Of a stretch of DNA of 64,000 nucleotides, positions 12,170 to 33,399 are shown in pieces. The notes below the pieces were generated by a model. It saw nothing but the letters and a program-made list of their open reading frames with translations. It did no database searches and was not told the DNA's origin. The position numbers and the translations under genes are program-made. The DNA is from Chrysemys picta bellii (lineage: Eukaryota), in contig NC_088798.1 in NCBI RefSeq assembly GCF_011386835.1, positions 110,236,001-110,300,000 on the forward strand, written 5' to 3'. Position 1 is the stretch's first letter. Every line of letters begins with the position of its first letter.

Positions 12170-12239
12170 TTGGGGTGGATCGATTGGGGACTGTTTGCTC
12201 TGCCTGGGAGCGGGCGCAGTCCCTGCCCTGCACAGCGCC

Positions 12240-22080
<9,841 letters not shown>

Positions 22081-22116
22081 TGGGGCCCAGAGCACGATCT
22101 GCCCCCTTGCCCGCCC

Positions 22117-22122
22117 AATAAA
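22117..22122 (+). terminator. F12 polyadenylation signal
   Basis: AATAAA 37 nt after the stop codon. Confidence 0.8.
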
Positions 22123-22849
22123 CCCCCCGCCTGGGGCCTGTCACACCCTCGCTTCGCCTCTGCGTCTCTGGGGGAGCATCCCATCAGCTGCCCCGGTGCC
22201 AGAGCCTGGTGACGACTCGCTCCCTGCTCAGGGCCCGGGCCCTGGAGCAGCTCATGCTGGGAGCTGGAGCTCAGGGAGGGACTGAGCAACCTGAGGGAGC
22301 CACCCCTGCCCTTCCAGAGCAGCAGGGGCTGCGGGACCAACAGATGTTGGTCTTCACCTTGGGGGGCTGCCAGGCCCATCGGGGCAGGATGCTCTTGGGG
22401 AGCGGAAGGGGGAGGCGCTGGGCACGCGGGTGCAAAGTTCCCCAAGCTCCAGCCAGGATCGAGACTCGGCCCCTCCACGCTCGTCCAGCCTGGGAGGTCT
22501 CTGGCCCAGCCCTGTGCCCTTGGGGGGTTCTGTGCCCCACCCAGCACCACCCCCCTGGCTGCTGTGGGGCTGGCTGCACCTGGCCAGGAGGGCAGCGTGG
22601 GGGGACGCTGGAGGCTGTGGAGGAAGCTGATCCTGCTCCCCGTGGGACGAGGGATTGTTCCCTGGCGCCGAGCCCACCCTGCCGCACCACAGAGCCTGGG
22701 AGCCGGAGCGGCCGGGAGCTTGGAGCTGGGCCTGGTTCCCTGGGATCCAAACTCTCAGGCGCCTGCAGCTGTTTTTAGCCAGGGGAAGGTTTGATGCTCG
22801 GGGATTTTCTATTTTGAGGCACGAAGCAGAAGAAGCTGGATGGTGACTG

Positions 22850-23480
22850 ACCCCTGCATGTCTGAGCTGAGCGGCCCGGCCCAGCCCCGATGGCAGCCCA
22901 GCCCCCACTGGCCTGGCCTGGCCCCGATGGCAGCCCAGCCCCCAATCTGCCTGGCCCGGCCCCAATCACAGCCCAGCCCCACACCGGCCCGGTCCAGCCC
23001 AGATCACAGACCAGCCCCCAACCTGCCCAGCCCGGATCGCAGACCAGCCCCCACCTAGCCCGGCCCAGCCCCGATCACAGCCCAGCCCCACACCGGCCCA
23101 GTCCAGCCCGGATCGCAGCCCAGCCCCCAACCTGCCCGGCCCAGCCCCGATCGCAGCCCAGCCCCCAACCTGCCCGGCCCAGCCCCGATCGCAGCCAGCC
23201 CCCAACCTGCCCGGCCCAGCCCCGATCGCAGCCAGCCCCCAACTGGCCTGGCCTGGCCCTGATCACAGCCCAGCCCTACCGGCCCAGTCCAGCCCAGATC
23301 ACAGCCCAGCCCCCAACTGGCCCAGCCCGGCCCAGACCCGCCCCCAACCTGCCCGGCCCAGCCCCCAGCCGGCCTGGCCCTACCAGCCAGGTCCAGCCCA
23401 GATCACAGACCAGCCCCCAACTGGCCCAGCCCAGCCCCCAACCAGCCCGGCTCGGCCCCAATCACAGCCCAGCTTCAATC
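22850..23480. repeat. Minisatellite, unit about 40 bp
   Basis: Repeated CCCAGCCCCCAACCTGCCCGGCCCAGCCCCGATCGCAG. Confidence 0.9.
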
Positions 23481-25526
23481 CCAGCCATGGGTTCAGCCCT
23501 GGCTTGCACAGTGTAGCTTTAGTGCAGACCCAGTCCTGGCCCAGTTCAGACCCGGGGGTAGGAAATGGGGCTTGGCATGTGGGAGGTGGGGGCAGGGAAG
23601 TCCTACAGAGCAATCTCCTGAGCAAACCTTGCACTGTCACATGCTGCCCCCAGCGGTCACAGCCCTTGGCCCCGCTCCCCTGACCTGCCTGGGCTGACCC
23701 CCCCCTGCACCCTACCCCTGCTGCCTCGGGCAATGGCACCTGCTCAGAGCCTTTCCCTTTGGGATGTTTACAGAACACAGGTTTCAGCTCTTGCCAGAAC
23801 CCCTCCAGAGAGGGGACTTGGGGGCATGGTTATCTGCCCCCCTCTCCCCCACACACTTTGGGGAAGCAGAACTCCCCAGGAAGCTACCCTGCTGAGCTAT
23901 GGGAAACAGCCCAGGCGGGCGAGCCCTGGAGCCAGAGTGGCTGGCCCCTATCCACTTGGGGGCTGGGGAGGGGGGTCACCTGGCCTTCTGCTGCTCAGAG
24001 ATGGGGGAGGGGGGGTGTCCCAGCCGCATGCTGCTATTTAGGGTCTCAGGAGAGCCCCAGGTGCTTTGTTGTTCCTCAGGCCCCAGCAGTGGCACTGTCA
24101 CCCCAGCTCAGCTCCCTCTCTGGAGGCACTTGTGGTGTGGGCCCCGTTCCAGGCCCTGTTCTCTGTCCAGAGCCTAAAAATTGCTGGGTGGGACTGGCTG
24201 AGCCGGACCCAACACCAAACACAGGGCCATGTATCTGTGAGCTGCTGCCCCTGGCCCCCCAGGCCTGAGGGATTTCTCCTGCAGCCCCCCTTCTGCCCCA
24301 CCATGCCTCAGCTGCTCCTGTGCCCCCCATCTCAGCCCCCCACTCTCAGCTCTGAAGTCCTGCAGAGAGGCTGCAGCACAGCAAGCTGGGCCCTGGGGTT
24401 CCCGTATTTCGGATTCCCCAAAGAGGACACTGCCTTGGGGAGGGGGGGAGCTGGGGGTACAGCTGGGGGGGCTCGGTGGTGGGGTTACTCGCTGGAGACG
24501 GGGGCCAGTGTCACTCCCTGTCACGGTGGCTGGTGCAAGCCCAGGATGCAGCACCAGCTGTCAGTCAGCCCCTCATTGCGGGGACCCCCCTCCCCTGGGC
24601 TGCGAGCGGGGCCTGGGTGGGCAGGAGCTGGCAGCTGCAGTGGCAGGGGACTGGACCAATCAGACACAGAGGCAGGGGTGGGACCAATCGGCGCTCTGCT
24701 CTGTAGAAAGCCCGGACATTGCCCGTTATTTGATGAACCCACCAGCCAGAGAAAAGAGGCTCAGAAAAGGGGCAGTGTCCGGGAGCCCGGATGTGGGGTA
24801 ACCCTGCCTCTGGGCAGCTGGATTATTTGGGCTAAGCTCTGCCCAAGCCCATGAGATGGGCAGGGAATAGCTCTTGAGGCCCTGTTCCCGCCTGGGGGCA
24901 GCACGGTTTATACCACACACCATTAGCCTGTGGAACTCCCTGCCACAAGAGAGCATTGGGGCCAAGAGAAAACTAGGCTTCAGGGCAGGCTCAGCTGTTG
25001 CCCTGGCCAGTGAGAACAGCCATTAACATTAGAGAGTAAAAACAGAAGGGCCGTAGCCCTCCGGCTCCAGGGCAAGAGCCAACTGCTAACTCTGTGGGCA
25101 GGTTCCCCCTCCCTGCCAGCTGCAGGGGTCTGGCACCTTCGTCTGCAGCAGCTGGCACTGGTCTCTGTCAGTGACAGGACCCGGGACCGGGGGTTCCTGT
25201 GTCCCCCTGGAACAGCCCGCAGGAATCCCTAGGGCCCCCTCCTGCTCCTGTGGGAGGGGCTGGCCAGGGGGGCTCAGACCTGGCTCCAACCTGCCGAGCT
25301 AATTGCCCCAGACTGGAGGGGCTGGACACGCCAGAGCCCAAGAGCCAGACGGTGGAGTCCCGGCCCGGCCCAGCAGCCGGACGCAGGGGCCCGGCCCAGG
25401 AACCAGAAACGGAGCCCCAGCCCAGCCCAAGAGCCAGACGGTGGAGTCCCGCTCCAGCCCAGCAGCCGGACACAGGGGCCCGACCCAGGAGTCGGACGCT
25501 GGGACCTGGCCTGTGATTCAGTCTCT

Positions 25527-25532
25527 TTTATT
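25527..25532 (-). terminator. Polyadenylation signal of the alpha-2 adrenoceptor gene
   Basis: TTTATT on + (AATAAA on -), about 215 nt after the stop at 25747. Confidence 0.7.
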
Positions 25533-25746
25533 CAAATACCCAAAATCTACATTTTTAAAAACACCTGTAAACTAAAGTTGGCAGCTAGAGTTTCCAGCCC
25601 CCCTCTGCTCACAGCCTGGGCCATCCAACCCGTAATCCCAGGTCTCCTAAACCCCAGGCCAGGACACCAGCCCCACACCCAGGCTTGTCTCCTGTGTCAT
25701 ATAGCCCAGCACGGGGGCTGGAGGCCAAGAGCAGTTTGAAATGATC

Positions 25747-27066
25747 TCAGCCCAGCAGGGAACAGTGGCGCAGGGGCCTTGCTGGGGTCTGGCCTAGTGG
25801 GGGAGCGGTGCCAGGGTCCAGCCCAGGGCGGTGGCAGCGCGGGGCCTTGGAGAGGAGCCTGCGGAAGGCTCTGCGGAAGTCCCTGTTGAAGACGGTGTAG
25901 ATGACTGGGTTGAGGCAGCTGTTGCAGTAGCCAATCCAGAAGAAGACACTGAAGAGGAGCTTGGAGATGTGGCAGCGGTCCCCGCACAGCGACTCCAGGC
26001 TGTAGGTGAAGAAGAAGGGGAACCAGCACAGGACAAAGGCACTGATCACCACGGCCAGGACAAAGGTGAACCTGTGCTCCCGCGCCTGCACCAGCCGTCT
26101 CCTGGAGATGGACATGCTCTGCTGCTCACTCCACCGCTGGGGGCCTCGAGCCAGTGCCCAGGAAGGCCTCCTGAGCCTTCTCGGGCTGGCAGTGGCGCCG
26201 TTGTTCTCCTCCTCTGGCCACTGCCTGCAGAGAAGAGCTGACCCCAGCTTGTGGGCACACTGGCTGCCCTGCTCTGTGCTTGTGTCCTGCTCTGCAGAGC
26301 TCCAGGTGGCAGTGGGCAAGCAGGAGCTGGCGCGGGAGGGGCGCTGGGCCATGCCAGGCCTGGCGGAGACGGTGCCGGAGCACCTGTGCTTGGTGATGCG
26401 ATAAATCCTGCAGTACACCACGAGCATGATGAGGCAGGGGGCGAAGAAGGAGGCGGTGCAGGAGGCCAGCACGTACCAGGTATTGTTGTTCAGCAGGCAT
26501 TCCCTGGCCTGCGGCTGGGCCGTGAACAGGGCCGGCACGGAGACAAGGCCAGCGATGGCCCACACGGCACCGATCGTGACCTTGACTCTCCCGGGGCTCC
26601 TCTGGAGGTTGAACCTGGTGGCCCTGGTGACGGCCCAGTAGCGGTCCAGGCTGATGGCACACAGGTGCAGGATGGAGGAGGTGCAGAAGAGCACGTCCAG
26701 CGCCAGGTAGAGGCTGCACCAGAGGCTGCCGAAGCCCCAGGAGCCCAGCAGCTCATTGGCCAAGGAGAAGGGGATGATGAGGGTGGCCACGAGGATGTCG
26801 GCTGAAGCCAGGGACACCAGGAAGAGGTTCTGCGGGGCCTTGAGGGCCCGGCTGGTGAAGACAGCCACCACCACCAGCGCGTTGCCCAGCAGCGTGGCCA
26901 GGATGATGGAGAGCACAGCCAGCAGGATGAGTGCCGAGGCCAGGGGGGAGTGTGGGGCCGCCCCTGGCTGCCCTCTGCTGTCGTTTCCAGACGCGTTGAG
27001 GGGAGCAGCGGGGGCGCTGACCTTCTCCATCCCAGCTACATTCCCAGGCCAGGCCGGACCCTCCAT
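25747..27066 (-). CDS. ADRA2D: Intronless alpha-2 adrenergic receptor, probable ADRA2D ohnolog, 439 aa
   Basis: Seven TM segments with alpha-2 signatures: FTSRALKAPQNLFLVSLASADILVATL, LALDVLFCTSS (D3.32), DRYW, WYVLASCTASFFAPC (S5.42/S5.46), RFTFVLAVV, CWFPFFFTY (W6.48, F6.51/6.52, Y6.55), FFWIGYCNS.LNPVIY. The alpha-2 family call is near certain; the D subtype is inferred from synteny with F12/RGS14/LMAN2. Confidence 0.85.
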   Translation of the reverse strand: MEGPAWPGNVAGMEKVSAPAAPLNASGNDSRGQPGAAPHSPLASALILLAVLSIILATLLGNALVVVAVFTSRALKAPQNLFLVSLASADILVATLIIPFSLANELLGSWGFGSLWCSLYLALDVLFCTSSILHLCAISLDRYWAVTRATRFNLQRSPGRVKVTIGAVWAIAGLVSVPALFTAQPQARECLLNNNTWYVLASCTASFFAPCLIMLVVYCRIYRITKHRCSGTVSARPGMAQRPSRASSCLPTATWSSAEQDTSTEQGSQCAHKLGSALLCRQWPEEENNGATASPRRLRRPSWALARGPQRWSEQQSMSISRRRLVQAREHRFTFVLAVVISAFVLCWFPFFFTYSLESLCGDRCHISKLLFSVFFWIGYCNSCLNPVIYTVFNRDFRRAFRRLLSKAPRCHRPGLDPGTAPPLGQTPARPLRHCSLLG

Positions 27067-28373
27067 GCAGGGAGCTGCCCGTGGGAGGGGGCAGCACCGC
27101 CCATGCCCGCCTGGCAGGCCCCAGCGTCCTCACCTGCCGACAGCCCTTTGTACGCCAGAGGAGCGGGGCCAGCCCAGCGCTGCCTGGGTGCCCAGACGGC
27201 ACGGTGCCGCGGTCAGATGTCTCCAGTGCCCCAGGGGGAGGGGACGGTCCCAGCACGCAGCAGAGCCGGAGGGGGTCTCACCCAGGCACTGGAAAGGTCT
27301 GTCCTCCCAGGGGCTGCTGCCCCCTTCCTTCCCGTCCCCGCCCGCTGGGGGAGCCGGCGTGCAGCGGGCCAGGGGCGTGCGGAGCCTGGCAGCACTGCTC
27401 CAGCACTCAGCAGCCTGGGCTCTGCCCCAGGACGGGAGGGAGGGGCTGACGTGACTGGCTGGAGCCCAAGCAGCTGCCGGCAATGGGGGAGGAAGTTTGC
27501 TGCCAACGTTTAAAGGGTCCGGGAGTTCCTGCCATGCCCCCTGCCCCCAGGGCACTGGGCCCATACTTGGGGGGAGGGACAGAGCAGGAGGATGATACAG
27601 GGGCCTGGGCACAGTGGATGGGGGGGAACAATACTCGAAGAGAGGGACTGGGGGGCTTCAGAGGGGGGATGATCCTGGGGGGCTAATACCTGAGGTGTGG
27701 GGGAGGGACTCAGGGAATGATACCAGGGAGGAGGGGCCCAGTGGGGGGATGATACTGGGGGAGTGCAGTGGGGGGACAATACCCGAGGGCGAGGGGCCAG
27801 TGGGGGGTGCAGCACAGCTGAAAAGGGCCCCAAGGTGGGATTCTGCCTGGCTGACCCCCCATCTCCACACAGTGGAGGAGGGTTGCCCAAATGGGGGGCT
27901 GGGAGCAGCTGGTCTGGGCTAGGATGAGCGCACACTACCAGGCCTCTGGGGGGAGAGCTGGGGGGGCACCGGGAGCTGGGGAGGGGGCACGGGGAGCTGG
28001 GGAGTGGGTATCGGGAGCTGGGAGCTGGAGAGGGGGCATGGGGAGCCGGGGGGGTCGCGGGGAGCTGGGGTGGGGCCCTTTCCCTGACACTGCGGCACGG
28101 GGAGGGCTCGAACTGTTTCCAGGGCAGCTCTCTGCCCGGCACGGGGCTGCTAAGGACCCTGGTCCAGCTGAGGTGCCGGTGTGCGCAGGGCAGGGTAGAC
28201 CAGGCTCTGTGGCAGCCATACAGCGAGTGGGCGGGAGGGCGAAAGGGTTGAATAGCAGAGGAGAAAGCCCCACCCCCCAGTGGCCGAGGGGGCAGCACCC
28301 CCGGCGCCCGGCCCTGCACCGATCGCCCCGGCAGGGAGCGAATAGCGAGGGGAAAACACTGCCAGGCGGCGCC

Positions 28374-28379
28374 TTTATT
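28374..28379 (-). terminator. Polyadenylation signal for the orphan exon chain
   Basis: AATAAA on the minus strand, about 155 nt after the TGA at 28533-28535. Confidence 0.55.
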
Positions 28380-28421
28380 TACCCACATTTCACTCCAGAC
28401 AGGATGGACAGACAGACAGAC

Positions 28422-28435
28422 ATCGCCATGGCAAC
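28422..28435. promoter_or_regulatory. RFX X-box-like motif
   Basis: ATCGCCATGGCAAC fits RTHNYY-AT-RRNAAC. It lies about 1.35 kb upstream of the ADRA2D ATG, within the orphan 3' UTR. Confidence 0.35.
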
Positions 28436-28532
28436 ACATGCACCGCGGGCGCTGGTGAGCTACGGGACAGCCAGGGCTCTAGCTCCGGTTAGGTACCACG
28501 TCCTGCCACCAGCATGCGGCATCTCCTGCCCC

Positions 28533-31500
28533 TCAGGTCTGCTCCGGCTGGGCAGCGCGAGGCGCCGACATGTCCTAGGGGTGCAGAGGAAACAGGCTCA
28601 GGGCTGACACAGCCACCTCCATGGGGCAGGCACCCCGGCCACTGCCCACCGCTGGGCCACCCTCAGCCCCCGCCTGCCACCCTCCAGCCAGGTCACCCGG
28701 GCACTGCCCTGCCACCCTCAGCCCCCGCCTGGGCACTGCCACCCTCGGCCCCTGCCTGGACCCTGCCCTGCCACCCTCAGCCCCCGCCTGGACCCTGCCC
28801 TGCCACCCTCCAGCCAGGCTACCCGGGCCCTGCCATCTTCAGCCCAGGCCCCTCTAGAAGCTCCTGGGCCCTTTCCGGGCTCGGGGTCCTTGAGAGTGCA
28901 TCCAGACCCATATGAGGTTTGCCAGGCACATGGCCCGGGAGCAGGGCCTGAGCTGGGCCTGCCTGGTTCCTGGCCAGGGCAGGCTCCTCAAGGCTAACAG
29001 GCAGCAAAGGAGACGGCAGGTACCTGGGAGCCGCTGGTGTCCTCCTGGCTGGGGAGAGACTTCTGGGGTGTGTGGAACGCCTGGGAAGAGAGCACAGTGC
29101 ACACAGCACAGGCCTCAGAGCCAGCGCCAGCCCGCGGGCAGGGAGAACCATCCTGACCTGGTGTGGGTCCTCAAAGCCCCCCCCCCCCCCCACCATGGAG
29201 AACCAGCCCGACCCAGTGTGGGTCCTCAGAGCTCCCCCCGGAGAACCAGCCCGACTCGGTGTGGGTCCTCAGAGCTCCCGCCCCACCATGGAGAACCAGC
29301 CCGACCCAGTGTGGGTCCTCAGAGCTCCCGCCCCGGGAGAACCAGCCCGTCCCGGTGTGGGTCCTCAGAGCTCCCCCCCGGAGAACCAGCCCAACTCGGT
29401 GTGGGTCCTCAAAGCCCCCCCCCCCATGGAGAACCATCCTGACCGGGTGTGGGTCCTCAAAGCCCCCCCCCCCCCACCATGGAGAACCAGCCCGACCCAG
29501 TGTGGGTCCTCAGAGCTCCCCCCGCCCCCGGAGAACCAGCCCGACTCGGTGTGGGTCCTCAAAGACCCCCACCCACACCATGGAGAACCAGCCCAACTCC
29601 CATGGAGAACCAGCCCGTCCCAGTGTGGGTCCTCAGAGTCTCCCCCACCCCCCCGGAGAACCAGCCCGTCCCGGTGTGGGTCCTCAGAGCCTCCCCCACC
29701 CCCCCCGGAGAACCATCCCGTCCCGGTGTGGGTCCTCAGAGCCTCCCCCACCCCCCCGGAGAACCAGCCTGACTCGGTGTGGGTCCTCAGAGGCCCCCCC
29801 CACCTTGGAGAACCAGCCCGTCCCGGTGTGGGTCCTCAGAGCCTCCCCCACCCCCCCGGAGAACCAGCCCGACCCAGTGTGGATCCTCACTCAGAGCCCC
29901 CCCGACCCGTTCAGAGCCCCCCTCCCCCTCCGAGAACAAGCCCTGCCTGGGCATGGGGTCCCTGCTCAGAACCCCTCCCACCCCTCAGCATCCCATCAGG
30001 GCTGGTTACCTTCTTGGCGGCCTGGATCTCCTCCGTGGACTTGGACCGGCCTTTCCCGGCCTGCTTCTGGGGGGAGCTGGACGGCTGCTGGGGACACAGG
30101 AAGGTCCCGTGTCTTACAGGGGGGAACACTCATCCCACAGGACCCTCAGCCGGCCCTGGCTGGCCTGGCCCAAGCGTCGCTGCACAGGGAGGCCTGGCCA
30201 CATGGCGGAATCGGCAACTGGCTCCAGGTGCAGGTGGCTCAGGCGGGCACCGGCTGTCAGGGCCCCTTTCAGCCAGCACTGCTGCTCCTGCAGTCACACT
30301 GGGCTGGGTGCCTTGTACAGAGCATTGTGGAGCACTCAGCAGCCATCCCATAATTCGCCCGCAGCAGCTGGCAGCACCAGGGACAAGCAGTGTGCACCTT
30401 AGGGCACTGGGGTCAGCGCTGACCTTGGGGGGCCCTGCTCCCTCCACTGGAGCCCTCTGTGACGTTACACCCCATATTCTTCATAGAAATATTCTCATGA
30501 TACGAATCTGGCATAACTAAGATATGTTTTATACTAGATAGGTCATGTGAGGTATCATTGGAAAGTTATGATTGACTGTATACGTTTATCCAGTGTGTCT
30601 GCATGTCTAATTTCTGTATCTAAAGTTAGGAATATTGTCTATGTAACAATTAAAACGGTGTGCTCGGGAAACTGTCACCGGACAGTAAGCAATCAGCCTT
30701 AATGGACCATTAGGAAAAGACAATGAGTCTTCGAAGATGTGGATCCCCCATCTTCCCAGGAGATCCTTCCCTGCAAATAAACCTTGTCTCATGGTTGCTC
30801 TGACACCTTGGACACTACTGGTACTTTTCCACTGGAAAAAAAGGCTTCCCGCCTTATGTACATTCTATTTAAAGCTGGGAAGCAAGGCATTCAGGGCTCT
30901 CCATTTGCCTCCCCTCCCGAGAAGAAAGATTGCTGAAGGCTCCTGCAGAAACCAAGGGACTAAGCTATGCTATGGGAAGGCAAGGGATGAGTCCAGGGAT
31001 CTCTAGCCTGTAAAGAGACATAACTGGAATTCTGAGCTGCAGAAACTCTACAACCTTCCTAAACAACACTTAGGGTGAGATGTTACTATGTGTGACCTGT
31101 TTCTGTAGCGTATTAAGATTAGTTTGTGTGTTTTGTTTTATTTACTCAGTAATCTGCTTTGTTCTGTTTGCCTTCCCTTATAATCACTTAAAATGTACCT
31201 TTTGTAGTTAATAAACTTATTTCTTGTGCATTTCAAAACCCAGTTTGTGCCATTCATACCTGAGGAGGGAAAAAGCGAGGGGGAGATTTTTATGAGCTTG
31301 CATTGTGCAGATCTCTCTGTACAGCACAAGACAATATTATTCTGGGTTTACATCCCAGAGGAGGTGTGCACATGAGTGCTGGATAAATCCCTGAGCTGAA
31401 TCTTCCCTCACAGAGTTGATTTCAGTCTGTGTCTGCAGCTGGCCGTGGCCTTACCGGTGTGTGTCTTGGCACAGCAAGGACAGGGTGAGGAAACCCAGGC

Positions 31501-31791
31501 TGGTGGAACAGGCGGACGCAGTGGGACCCCAGCACATCAGGTGGCATCCCAGACACAGGGTCCAACCCGTCACCCCCCCCACACACTGCAGCTGGGCTGC
31601 GCTGCCGCTAGAACCCCATGCTCCTTCTCCCGCAAAAGCCCAGCCTGGGTCCAGGGCCTGATGGGTGCTGCGGCGACCTCTGCCAGGCTCCCCCCCGCCT
31701 GTGGTACCTTTGTGCCGGGCTCCATGGCTCCCTGCTCCCCAGCTGCACTGAGGACTCACTCTGGTGCAGCAGAAGGCGCTGTCCTGGGGTC
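28533..31791 (-). CDS. Candidate unannotated spliced coding exons (orphan microprotein or alternative RGS14 C-terminus)
   Basis: All exons have canonical AG/GT boundaries and compatible phases: 31760-31791 (GPQDSAFCCTR) or 31708-31725 (GCCATGG Kozak, MEPGTK); 30010-30087 (QPSSSPQKQAGKGRSKSTEEIQAAKK, 25 of 26 codons end in G/C); 29024-29044 (EDTSGSQ); 28533-28574 (DMSAPRAAQPEQT*); then AATAAA. I recognise no homologue. Confidence 0.5.
28620..28830. repeat. Short minisatellite, unit about 30 bp
   Basis: Repeated GCCACCCTCAGCCCCCGCCTGG(G/A)C(A/C)CTGCCCT. Confidence 0.8.
29140..29900. repeat. Minisatellite, unit about 40-45 bp
   Basis: About 16 copies of GGAGAACCAGCCCGACCCAGTGTGGGTCCTCAGAGC(C)n. 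Confidence 0.95.
30458..31574 (+). mobile_element. Solo LTR, about 1.1 kb, AT-rich
   Basis: Inverted ends TGTGACG...CGTCAC, AATAAA at about 31210, sharp AT-rich contrast with the flanks. The 5' end is homologous to 2230-2370. Confidence 0.75.
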
Positions 31792-33399
31792 CTGCAGGAG
31801 AAAGGCCTGTCATGGGACTAGCAGAGACTGCCGGCTCTCCCTGCTCCCAGCTGTCTGCCCGTCTGGCCTTGTGGGCGAGGGACCGAGTTGGGCTCAGGGA
31901 CCCAGTTCAGTTCCCAGCTCCACCACAGATTGCGCGACCTTGGGCCAGTCCCTGGACGTGTCTGGGCTCAGCTCCTGTCCTGTGACAGCTAGATGATAAC
32001 CAGCTCCTGTGTGTCAACTGCAGGGCAGTGCTGCCAGGGCAGGGCCTGCCTCCCTGCACCCAGGCACCGCCATATTCCAAGCAAGGACAGCCCAGCCGCT
32101 GAAGGGTTCCAGGGAATGCACCTGGCCTGGAGGCCAGCAGCACAGAGGGAGCCCAGCTGTGGGGCCGGACAGAGCTGCTCGGACCACAGGGCGGGGACAG
32201 GGTGTTTCTGATCAGCAAGTGGGCCCCCGTGCCTCGGGGGGAGGGGGAGGGCAGGAACTCCCAGCCAGCCCTGCCCCCCGTTCCACCCGCCTGACAGGAT
32301 GGCCTGGCGCTCCTAGCGCACAGCAATCTGGCGAGCAGCGCAGCCGGGAGTAACCTGCACTGTCCTTGGTCCTACCCGGCCCCCATGTCCCTGGCTCCCA
32401 GCCGAGGCTGTTCGCTGCAGGTGAGCCTGGCCCAGGGACAGCTGCCGCATGGTACCGTGGAGGCCATCGCCATGGGGATAAGGAGAGCTTGCCAGGGCGA
32501 CTCTGCCTGGTACCTAGGCCCAGGAGGGCACAGCAGGATGGGGCGAGCCCAGATCCCACCGTGGGGGAACCAGAGCCCGTCAGGCCCGGCAGCCTGCAGA
32601 GCTAGTGGGATACCCAGGGTGAGTTAATCCCTCCCTCCCCCATTTCCCCAACCTTTGGCACTAGGCCATGGCATGCCCGGGGCACTGCCGCGCTACCCTG
32701 ACTGGCTCGTGGGGAGGTGCCCTGGGGAGGTGGGCGGATCAGATGCCCCCCAGGATCCCAGGAATGTCACTATGCAGATTGGCAGCAACACCCCACAAAG
32801 TGCCCCCCCTCCCGCCAGCTCCACGGGGAGAACTGAGCTGCCCCAGGACCTGCCCAGTCCAGGCGGGTGCCAGGCTGAGGGGCCCTTGCACAGAGCAAGG
32901 GGGAGGCAGCCTCGGGACCAGAGCGCCTGGTCAGTGAGAAAACAGGTTCATTGCCCATGTCCCAGCCATGGCGTCCTCCCCACTCACTCACCCCTGCCTG
33001 GTGCCTGTTCCAAGCTGCTCTAGGCTGGCAGGGCAGCCCTGTCCCCCATGCCTGCACACCTCACCGGCCAGCAGCGCCAGCCTCTCCAATGCTCCGGTGC
33101 AGCCTGGTGCCCGCTGCGCGGCATGGGGCACATTGGCTGGGGGGCTCAGCACAGAGCAGCGCCATTGCTGTGAATATAGGACCCACCCAGACTCTCTCTC
33201 CTGCTTCTCGGGGGCAGAGCAAAGGGTCAATATGCAGTCCCTGCCCCAGGAATGAGGCTGCAGCTGCCTCTGGGCTGGAACACAGCGGTTCCTGGTCAGC
33301 ACATGGGACTGTGCTCAGCCGCTTAGGCCGGAAGTGAAGTTGAAATCTACAGGGAGAACGGACGGTAGAATAAGCCCCCACCTCCTGCAAACTCCTTCC

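Noticed and set aside
27036-27140. Small 5' intron in ADRA2D (CAG|GTGAGG near 27135, TGTAG near 27036)
   Set aside because: The ORF is complete without it, the acceptor has no polypyrimidine tract, and alpha-2 receptor coding regions are normally intronless.
26126-27454. Several ORFs overlapping ADRA2D on the + strand or in shifted frames
   Set aside because: These are shadow ORFs expected from high GC3 codon usage of the receptor gene.
28370-28385. TATA box for ADRA2D (TAAATAAAG on -)
   Set aside because: It is 1.3 kb from the ATG and better explained as the AATAAA signal following the orphan terminal exon. A promoter role cannot be fully excluded.
29072-30520. 482-aa and 396-aa Pro-rich ORFs on +
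   Set aside because: They span a C-rich minisatellite and are open in several frames, with no domain signal.
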